This document shows, in pieces, positions 1-6,392 of a DNA stretch of 12,286 nucleotides (positions are counted from its first letter, which is position 1; every line of letters begins with the position of its first letter). The DNA is taken from positions 1-12,286 of the forward strand of contig DASXQR010000027.1 of assembly GCA_036507075.1 (NCBI GenBank), written 5' to 3'. The notes under the pieces are model-generated. The model saw only the letters and a program-made list of their open reading frames with translations, was not told the DNA's origin and searched no databases. Made by a program: the position numbers and the translations under genes. The DNA comes from Acidobacteriota bacterium (GTDB lineage: Bacteria; Acidobacteriota; UBA6911; JACQSX01).

Positions 1-423
1 GGTTACGCGGCTGAATCCCGCCTCACGGAGCATGCGCATCATCAGCTCGCAGCCCTCGGTCATGCCTTTGTTCTCGGCGGCAATGGACGGCTGTCGCACC
101 CACTGCTGCAGGCGCTGCACGGCCTCGTTGTGCCGCTTGGCGATTTCCGTTCGAATTGCCTCAATATCGCCTGCAGCCGCTCGCGCCCAGTTTGGCCACG
201 CCAGCGCCGCAGCGCTTGCGACGGCGCCCCGAAGGAACACTCTCCGGTCTGTGGCCCGGATCGCGACTCCCAACTCTGATGCGGCTTTCACATTCGCGCG
301 CGCTTCTTCAGGCTGGGAGCTGCGCTCGGACAGCGCTTCACCGCGCACGGTTTCCTTCTTCCCGGGATCGAACTCCCTGTGGCCGAAGTAGTCAAAGTGA
401 TCAAATTCAAAATCGCTTGCCAT
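1..423 (-). CDS. M20/M25/M40 family metallopeptidase with Tat signal (5' part; runs off the left edge)
   Basis: Hand translation of the minus strand from ATG 423 gives MASDFEFDHFDYFGHREF...ATDRRVFLRGAVASAAALAWPNWARAAAGDIEAIRTEIAKRHNEAVQRLQQWVRQPSIAAENKGMTEGCELMMRMLREAGFSRVT, open to base 1. A strong RBS (GGGGAGG, 429-435) lies 5 nt upstream. 'LQQWVRQPSIAAE...GCE...MLREAGF' is the typical M20/ArgE-DapE N-terminus. Twin-arginine motif is T-D-R-R-V-F-L. Confidence 0.85.
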   Translation of the reverse strand, partial: MASDFEFDHFDYFGHREFDPGKKETVRGEALSERSSQPEEARANVKAASELGVAIRATDRRVFLRGAVASAAALAWPNWARAAAGDIEAIRTEIAKRHNEAVQRLQQWVRQPSIAAENKGMTEGCELMMRMLREAGFSRVT

Positions 424-435
424 TGTTTCCTCCCC

Positions 436-738
436 TTAAGCGCTCGTTTCCGGAAGTTGGCCGCCATGACCGGAATATGTAAGAAATAGAATATCGCCTG
501 CCTTGAGGGTACCGGCCGCGTTCTTAAGGTTCTGAGTTACTGCCGGTCGCGTTGCAGTCTTGGTAAGCAGCTTGGTTGTCTTAAAACCTGCTGCTTTTGC
601 TATTTGCGCCATATCCTCTGCATCAGCCTCGCAGGCCAGCAAATCACCCGACCAACCGGAGTAATGCGCTGGATCTACCGAGTTCAGGCCAATATTTATC
701 GCCACACCTTTCGAGCTGTTTGTCCTTTTGGTTTTCAT
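436..738 (-). pseudogene. Truncated caspase-family (peptidase C14/metacaspase) protein, 100 aa
   Basis: Contains the motifs 'AINIGLNSVDPAHYSGWSGDLLACEADAEDM', 'LLTKTATR' and 'GDILFLTYSGHGGQLP' (catalytic His motif). It stops 4 codons later and has no D-S/A-C-x-S catalytic Cys motif. The downstream sequence is the M20 gene, not a frameshifted continuation. The RBS GGAGGAGGAG (741-750) is intact. Confidence 0.8.
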
Positions 739-909
739 GTCTCCTCCTCCCCTTTCGTCGAGAAAGTTCGGATACTCACTGGAGAACTCCCATGGATATT
801 CATGCTCAATCTGGAGAGTTGCAATGCAAACCGATACTGGAAGGGTTTGTTGTCAGGAATCAATGATTATTGGTTATGCCAAAAAATCCATGCAACCGAA
901 ATTAATTTT

Positions 910-937
910 CGGATAGCGCACCTATCCATTCGGATAG
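910..937. promoter_or_regulatory. Putative regulator binding site (7-2-7 inverted repeat plus extra half-site)
   Basis: CTATCCA-TT-CGGATAG at 922-937, with a second CGGATAG at 910-916 exactly 21 bp earlier. It lies in the divergent intergenic region. The 7-2-7 layout resembles NarL/LuxR-family sites. Confidence 0.35.
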
Positions 938-1130
938 ACGGAAGCGGTTCTTCAGTCTCTCAAGTTGCGCCGCTATTTCGAGCAGCACTCACATAAACCA
1001 TTATGCCGGCAGCCAATTCAGAAGCATCAAAAAAGGCGCGGGGGCGCAGATCGCCTCTGGCATACGGGGTGCTTCCTTCATTCCGATTCGTCGCCGCGGA
1101 TGAACGGTCTGCGGTTTGCCTGCCCGGCAT

Positions 1131-1147
1131 CTTAAGAGATTCTTAAC
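1131..1147 (+). promoter_or_regulatory. Putative OmpR-family (PmrA/BasR/QseB-like) direct-repeat box
   Basis: CTTAAG-AGATT-CTTAAC matches the CTTAAG-N5-CTTAAG architecture and sits about 80 bp upstream of the ATG at 1230. Confidence 0.4.
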
Positions 1148-1229
1148 AGAGCGTACTGAGTATTTGAGCAGGTTTCAGGACGCTGATCTCATTCAACAGG
1201 CGATGAGTCCCAGACACGGGTGAAATATC

Positions 1230-2288
1230 ATGACAAAACTAGTGCAACTCAGGTGGATCGCAACTCTCGTGACGGCATTAATTGTTGTTTCCGGCTGCCC
1301 GGACATGTTGCTTGCGCAACATCGGCCCAACGGGACGATTGCCTACAACAGATTCGATCCCGAGACGGGCCGAGGCCAGCTTTGGCTGTTAAATGCAAGT
1401 AGTGGCGAGGACCAGCCTGTTGCATTGCATCTTGTGACCGGACTTGTGGCGCTTCCCGTCTGGTCGCGCGATGGGAAAGTCGTTGCGATCACGGGTGCTC
1501 TTCCGGAGGATGCGGATCAGGCAGCTTCAGAGATTTTCATTTTTGACCCTGCGGGATTTACCCTGCAACAAGTAACTCATTTAAACGATTCTGGCGGCTC
1601 ACTAATCCCGCTCTTCAAAGCCTTCTCTCCGGATCGTAAGAGATTAGCGTTTGTGGCATTCAATCAGTCAAGCGGCCGCGCGATTATTGGGGTTGATCGG
1701 CTTGATCGGACGGAGGAAGAAACAATAATCGCCGACACTGTGACCACAAGCGAGGGATTTCCTTTATTCGGTCTCGATTGGTATCCGAGAGGCAATCTAC
1801 TGGTGACTCCCGGAACGGTGGATTTAAAAAGCGGAAAAACCGAGGCGATGACGGCGCTGTTTATGGTGCGACCGGCCGGCGATGCAGTCCAACACGGCTT
1901 CTACTGGCAACTGACGTTTCCTGACGCAGAGCCCGCCTGCAATTGCTCGCTGCACGACGTCTTGCCGGTTTTCTCTCCCACCGGAAGCCAGATCGCGTTT
2001 GTTCGATGGACGATCCAATCCGACGGAAAAAGATCGAAGTCGTCAGTCCGAATTCTCGACCTGTTCCTCAGGCAGGAGCATGAAGTCGTCGCATTTTCCC
2101 AGGAGACAGTGGCGAGTTTGAGCTGGTCCCCCGATGGGATGAAGCTGCTATTCGATCGCGGCCGGGACATCGACGGCATTGCGAATCCCGGATCGTTGGG
2201 GCTTTGGACTGTGAATATCGATGGTACGGCATTGCGTTACATCAACCGCCCAACCGCGCTGAGCGCTTCCTGGAACTGGGCACGCTAA
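1230..2288 (+). CDS. Exported TolB-like / PD40 (WD40-like) beta-propeller protein
   Basis: 352-aa ORF with a hydrophobic N-terminal signal, either a lipobox-like VSGC or an LLA^Q cleavage site. It has repeated blade motifs PVWSRDGK, AFSPDRKRLAF, LDWYPRG, PVFSPTGSQIAFV and LSWSPDGMKLLF. There is no TolB N-terminal domain and no tolQRA/pal nearby. Confidence 0.85.
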   Translation: MTKLVQLRWIATLVTALIVVSGCPDMLLAQHRPNGTIAYNRFDPETGRGQLWLLNASSGEDQPVALHLVTGLVALPVWSRDGKVVAITGALPEDADQAASEIFIFDPAGFTLQQVTHLNDSGGSLIPLFKAFSPDRKRLAFVAFNQSSGRAIIGVDRLDRTEEETIIADTVTTSEGFPLFGLDWYPRGNLLVTPGTVDLKSGKTEAMTALFMVRPAGDAVQHGFYWQLTFPDAEPACNCSLHDVLPVFSPTGSQIAFVRWTIQSDGKRSKSSVRILDLFLRQEHEVVAFSQETVASLSWSPDGMKLLFDRGRDIDGIANPGSLGLWTVNIDGTALRYINRPTALSASWNWAR

Positions 2289-2349
2289 GCCTGTCGCTGA
2301 AGGAGTCCCGTTTGACAGCCTGATCGTCATATGCTGATGTGGAAAGTCA

Positions 2350-2455
2350 CATTCCTTCACCGCAGAGGCGCAGAGAACGCAGAGGTTGCGCAGAGACATG
2401 GAAACGAAACTCTGCGCATTCTCTGTGTCCTCTGCGCCTCTGCGGTGAAGGAATG
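2350..2455. repeat. Long imperfect palindrome built from GCAGAG units (REP/MITE-like)
   Basis: CATTCCTTCACCGCAGAGGCGCAGAG at the left end pairs perfectly with CTCTGCGCCTCTGCGGTGAAGGAATG at the right end. Further imperfect pairing continues inward to a loop of about 14 nt. Confidence 0.9.
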
Positions 2456-2480
2456 CAGGCGCCAGGCTAGTTTGGCTGCC

Positions 2481-2536
2481 CGTAGCGACGCGGCATGCCG
2501 CGTCAGAGCTCTGGCGCGGCATGCCGCGCCGCTACG
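2481..2536. repeat. REPIN: inverted doublet of GTAG-type REP
   Basis: CGTAGCGACGCGGCATGCCGCGTCAGAG / CTCTGGCGCGGCATGCCGCGCCGCTACG forms a 56-bp palindrome with 2 mismatches. Each arm is GTAG followed by its own internal palindrome. Confidence 0.9.
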
Positions 2537-2570
2537 CTCCAAACTAGACCACTACCCGGGCACGAGTTGG

Positions 2571-2600
2571 TTGAGGTATTTTGACTCGATGCGATATACT
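2571..2600 (+). promoter_or_regulatory. Candidate sigma70 promoter for the S41 pair
   Basis: TTGAGG-N18-TATACT, about 120 bp upstream of the ATG at 2720. Confidence 0.4.
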
Positions 2601-2719
2601 GCCCGAATATTTTCAGCAGGACTGTTCTAATGTTACCGACGGGCGCCCGATCCGACAACCACTCTGGCGCTCAAATACCTCTGCTGTCGCATCGCATGAT
2701 TTGCTCGAGGAGGGGCCAC

Positions 2720-4444
2720 ATGCATCATCTTTGTAAGGCGATTGTAATGGCGTTTATGACAACCGCCGCGTTCGGCCAGCTCACCATGGATCAAAAGATT
2801 TCAGATTTCCAGAATGTGGTGGGAATCTACAACAAGAACTACGGGCCTTATGAATGGAAGCGGGATGCGCTTGGGTTCGATCTGCTCTACATCGCCCCAT
2901 GGCTCGACAGGATCCGCGCCACAAAGGACGACCTGGACTTTTACGAGGTCATGGTGTCGTACGTCGCAAGCCTGAACGATGCTCACGATTTCTACGGCGT
3001 GCCATCGAACTTTGTGGCGCGACTCAACTTTGGCGTGGACGTCTATGATGGGAAACTTCTTGTCGATACGATAACCCGGACGAGGCTCCCGGCCGCGGAA
3101 TTCCCGTTCTTGATCGGGTATGAGCTTGTGTCAATCGACGGAACAAACGCCCAGTTGATCCTCGATAGCCTGCTGCAGTATGAGATCGCGGCCAATCCGC
3201 GCAGCACCCGGCGGCTCGCCGCCCAATTGCTGACCATTCGACCGCAGTCATTGATGCCGCACGCGGCCGATGTGCCGGAGATTTCAACCGTCGTGTTTCG
3301 ACGCCCCGATGACTCCCTGGAAACCTACCGGATTCCCTGGACAAAAACCGGTTTGCCGCTCATCAGTATCGGCAAGTACATACCGCCAGCGACGGCGCGC
3401 AAGGACCAGCAGGCCGACGACGCCGAGTCGGACCCCGACATCGTTCCTGAGTACATGGCCCCCTTAATGAACCTGTGGAATTGCCGCCTCCCCGATCGCG
3501 CCGTGAACGGCTTCGGCTCTCAACTTCCAATCTTCGCCGGCGCGATGCCGCCCGGTTTCACGCTGCGTTTGGGAAGAACACCAGCGGATGTTTTTTACTC
3601 GGGAATCTTCGAGGCCGCAGGGTACAAGATCGGCTTCATCCGCATTCCCAACTTCACCCCTGCTAATACGGCAGCCGCGCTGACTGCTTTCCGAAGAGAG
3701 ATCGACTTCTTCGAGCAGAATACAAACGGCCTGATCGTCGATATCATGCGGAATCCGGGCGGGTCGGTCTTCTATACCAATCAGATTCTGACGCTGCTCA
3801 TTCCGACCACCTGGCGAAGCCTTCCGTTTGAAGTCCGGGCGACCTCGGGGTGGGTCAGAGCTATCTCCAGCTCCCTCGAACAGGCCAAGGCTCAGAGAGC
3901 CCCGCAGGTGGTCATCGATTTACTCCAGGCGATTAAAGACGAGATCATCGCCGCCAACCGGGCCAAACGGGGCCGGACAAAGCCCATTCCGCTTGACGAC
4001 GTCACGATTGACCGTGATCCCGCCATGGATGAGAAAGGGAACGTGATCGCCTACCACAAACCGCTTATGGTTCTCGTAGACGAACTTTCCGCGTCCGGAG
4101 GTGACTACTTTGCCGCCACTATTCAGGATAACGTGCGCGGGCCGTTACTGGGCTGGCGGACCATGGGGGCCGGCGGCAACGTCGTTGGTTGGGAAGCCGG
4201 CAGCTATTCCCTCGGATCAATCACGGTTACGCAGTCACTCATGAACCGGAAGAACCCCATCTCGAGGGTCGATTACGCCACCGCGCCGTATGTGGAGAAC
4301 ATCGGGGTACATCCGGAAATCCTGGTTGACTACATGACAAAGGAGAATCTGATGCAAAACGGGAAGCCTTTTGTCGACGCCTTCGTCGCGGCGATGGTCG
4401 ACTACCTTCAAAGAGGCAGGCTTGCAAAGCGAGGGCGACCATGA
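2720..4444 (+). CDS. Secreted S41 family serine protease with PDZ-like domain, CPAF-like (paralog 1)
   Basis: Start reassigned from 2630 to 2720 because GAGGAGGGG precedes it and it yields the signal peptide MHHLCKAIVMAFMTTAAFG^Q. Motifs: YGPYEWK..LGFDL; LNDAH (His, 2984-2986); ELVSIDG (PDZ); IGFIRIPNF; DIMRNPGGS; DELSASGGD (Ser, 4094-4096); RTMGAGG; YVENIGV (Glu, 4295-4297). Confidence 0.92.
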   Translation: MHHLCKAIVMAFMTTAAFGQLTMDQKISDFQNVVGIYNKNYGPYEWKRDALGFDLLYIAPWLDRIRATKDDLDFYEVMVSYVASLNDAHDFYGVPSNFVARLNFGVDVYDGKLLVDTITRTRLPAAEFPFLIGYELVSIDGTNAQLILDSLLQYEIAANPRSTRRLAAQLLTIRPQSLMPHAADVPEISTVVFRRPDDSLETYRIPWTKTGLPLISIGKYIPPATARKDQQADDAESDPDIVPEYMAPLMNLWNCRLPDRAVNGFGSQLPIFAGAMPPGFTLRLGRTPADVFYSGIFEAAGYKIGFIRIPNFTPANTAAALTAFRREIDFFEQNTNGLIVDIMRNPGGSVFYTNQILTLLIPTTWRSLPFEVRATSGWVRAISSSLEQAKAQRAPQVVIDLLQAIKDEIIAANRAKRGRTKPIPLDDVTIDRDPAMDEKGNVIAYHKPLMVLVDELSASGGDYFAATIQDNVRGPLLGWRTMGAGGNVVGWEAGSYSLGSITVTQSLMNRKNPISRVDYATAPYVENIGVHPEILVDYMTKENLMQNGKPFVDAFVAAMVDYLQRGRLAKRGRP

Positions 4445-6156
4445 AAAAGCTCGCGATCATTCTTATTCTCATCCTGGCGACCGCGGTCGCGTCGGCGCAG
4501 AATCTGACTCCCGCGCAGAAGGAGTCGGACTTCCGCTTCCTGGCTACCCTCTACGCAACCTACTACGCCCCTTACGAATGGAAGAAAGAACTGCTGGGCT
4601 TTGATGTTCTGAGCATCAAATCGTGGCTTGACCGCGTCGCGGCCACCAAAACCGATCTCGACTTCTATGAGGTTTGCGTTGAGTATGTGGCCAGTCTAAA
4701 CGATACGCACGATAGTTTCACACTTCCTTCGGATTTTGTCGCCAGATTTCCGATCACCGTGGACATTTACGACGGCAAGGTCGTGATCGAAACCATCAAC
4801 ACGACGCTGCTCCCTCCGGCCAGCTTTCCCTTCGCCGTGGGCGACGAGCTTGTTTCTGTCGACGGAACGGATGTGGAACAACTGCTGAAGGACTATGCCA
4901 AGTACGCCGCTTTTGCAAATCCGATTTCGACGCGGCGACTGGCAGCTGTGCGTATCGTATCGCGCGTACAGGCCGTCATGCCGCATGCGCCCGATGTCGG
5001 TGTTTCCGCCACCGTTGTCGTCCGGCGCCAGAGCGGCCAATTGGAGACGTACAAAATCCCCTGGCAGAAAACCGGTACTCCTCTGGAGGTTGGTCCTCTC
5101 TCTGTTCCGAAGACTCAAGCGTTTCCGGAGCGCGACACCATTCCGGAAACACCCGACTACATGCGCCAGCTCGATGAGGTGACTTACTCGGGCGTGGTTC
5201 TGCAGGGCAGTTTGACAGGTGTCCTCAACTTCGGTTCTCGCACGCCTATCTTCGTGGGTGGCTTGCCACCGACGTTCACACGTCGCCTCGGCGGCAACGC
5301 CGCTGATTTCTTTTATTCTGGAACGTTCAAACATGAAGAACTGACGCTTGGCTATATTCGGATTCCGAACTACGCCCCCGCATCTCAGGCTGTAGCGCTC
5401 CAGCAGTTTCAGCGCGAAATTGATTTCATGGCCGCAAACACTGACGGACTGATTGTGGACGAAATGCGCAATACCGGCGGCTTTCTCTGTTTTGGCGAGG
5501 AAATCGCGTCCCGCCTGATCCCTTACCCGTTCAAGGCCACAGGGTTTCAACTTCGGGCTTACTGGACGCGGATGTTGGGCTTCTACAACGCGATGATCAA
5601 CGCCAAGGCTCAGGGCGCCCCGCCGGATGTTGTCGCGCGCTACGAGTTGCTTTTCAAGGCGCTCGCCGATGCCAACGCGAAGCTTCGCGGCCTCACCGAG
5701 CCTGTACCGCTGTGCACTTCCAGCCTGAACCGCGACCCGGCAACGGACGCCTCCGGCAGCCTGATAGCGTATCGGAAGCCGCTGATGCTGCTGACAGACG
5801 AGTTCACCCTGTCAACGGCGGATTCCGTGGCAAGCATGATCCAGGACGCGGGCCGTGGCGTGCTCTACGGCATGCGGACCAACGGAGCGGGCGGTAATAA
5901 CACAACATACGACGCAGGGCCCTTTTCGGAGGGACTGGCCGGAATGACGATAGGCCTGCAGACGCGCAGCCGCCCGGTCGCCACGCCGGACTACCCAACC
6001 ACGATCTACATCGAGAACGTCGGCGTGCGTCCTGAGGTAGTGAATAACTACATGACCAGGGAAAACCTGTTGCAGAACGGCGCTCCATTCGTACGTAATT
6101 TTCTAGAGACAATGGCCGCATACGTGCGCCAGCATCACCGCCGTCGTGGCCCATGA
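4441..6156 (+). CDS. Secreted S41 family serine protease with PDZ-like domain, CPAF-like (paralog 2)
   Basis: 571 aa, with an ATGA overlap with paralog 1 and a clear Sec signal MKKLAIILILILATAVASA^Q. Motifs: YAPYEWKKELLGFD; LNDTH (His, 4708-4710); GDELVSVDG; LGYIRIPNY; DEMRNTGG; DEFTLSTAD (Ser, 5812-5814); RTNGAGG; YIENVGV (Glu, 6013-6015). Confidence 0.92.
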   Translation: MKKLAIILILILATAVASAQNLTPAQKESDFRFLATLYATYYAPYEWKKELLGFDVLSIKSWLDRVAATKTDLDFYEVCVEYVASLNDTHDSFTLPSDFVARFPITVDIYDGKVVIETINTTLLPPASFPFAVGDELVSVDGTDVEQLLKDYAKYAAFANPISTRRLAAVRIVSRVQAVMPHAPDVGVSATVVVRRQSGQLETYKIPWQKTGTPLEVGPLSVPKTQAFPERDTIPETPDYMRQLDEVTYSGVVLQGSLTGVLNFGSRTPIFVGGLPPTFTRRLGGNAADFFYSGTFKHEELTLGYIRIPNYAPASQAVALQQFQREIDFMAANTDGLIVDEMRNTGGFLCFGEEIASRLIPYPFKATGFQLRAYWTRMLGFYNAMINAKAQGAPPDVVARYELLFKALADANAKLRGLTEPVPLCTSSLNRDPATDASGSLIAYRKPLMLLTDEFTLSTADSVASMIQDAGRGVLYGMRTNGAGGNNTTYDAGPFSEGLAGMTIGLQTRSRPVATPDYPTTIYIENVGVRPEVVNNYMTRENLLQNGAPFVRNFLETMAAYVRQHHRRRGP

Positions 6157-6166
6157 TAGTCGATGC

Positions 6167-6299
6167 TTGCACGCGAAGCACGGAGCCACGTCCCGCAAGG
6201 GCGTGGCGGGGACCGTGTAAGTCCCTGTGCTCCATGGAGCTGAACTTATACCGCCCCCGCCACGCCCGTGCGGGACGTGGCTCCGTGCTTCGCGTGCAA
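6167..6299. repeat. REPIN-like inverted repeat (45-bp arms)
   Basis: TTGCACGCGAAGCACGGAGCCACGTCCCGCAAGGGCGTGGCGGGG pairs with 6255-6299 with one mismatch. The spacer is itself partly palindromic around GCTCCATGGAGC. Confidence 0.9.
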
Positions 6300-6392
6300 A
6301 AAACCCACGTGGCTGGCGCCGATCTTTGTGGTATCTTCCTGTAAACCATCCATCAGCACGCATCGTTTCGCCGTGGCAGATTAATACGGAAT

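Noticed and set aside
32..482. Plus-strand ORFs 32-391 and 156-482
   Set aside because: They are antisense shadows of the M20 peptidase and metacaspase frames.
436..738. Caspase-based anti-phage system (gasdermin, CBASS or Avs associated)
   Set aside because: The protease lacks its catalytic Cys, and no effector or sensor gene is recognisable in the window.
810..880. Sigma54 promoter around the TTGCA motifs
   Set aside because: I found no GG-N10-GC spacing at these motifs on either strand.
1230..2288. Calling the propeller gene tolB
   Set aside because: It lacks the TolB N-terminal domain and the tol-pal gene context.
2148..2630. ORFs 2148-2522, 2331-2630 and 2357-2542
   Set aside because: They are translations of palindromic repeats (HRRGAE..., LCVLCASAV, RHAAS) and show no protein-family signal.
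2630..2719. 30-aa N-terminal extension of S41 paralog 1
   Set aside because: The RBS, signal peptide and colinearity with paralog 2 all favour the start at 2720.
4696..5550. 284-aa minus-strand ORF
   Set aside because: It is an antisense shadow inside a well-supported S41 gene, which is common in GC-rich DNA.
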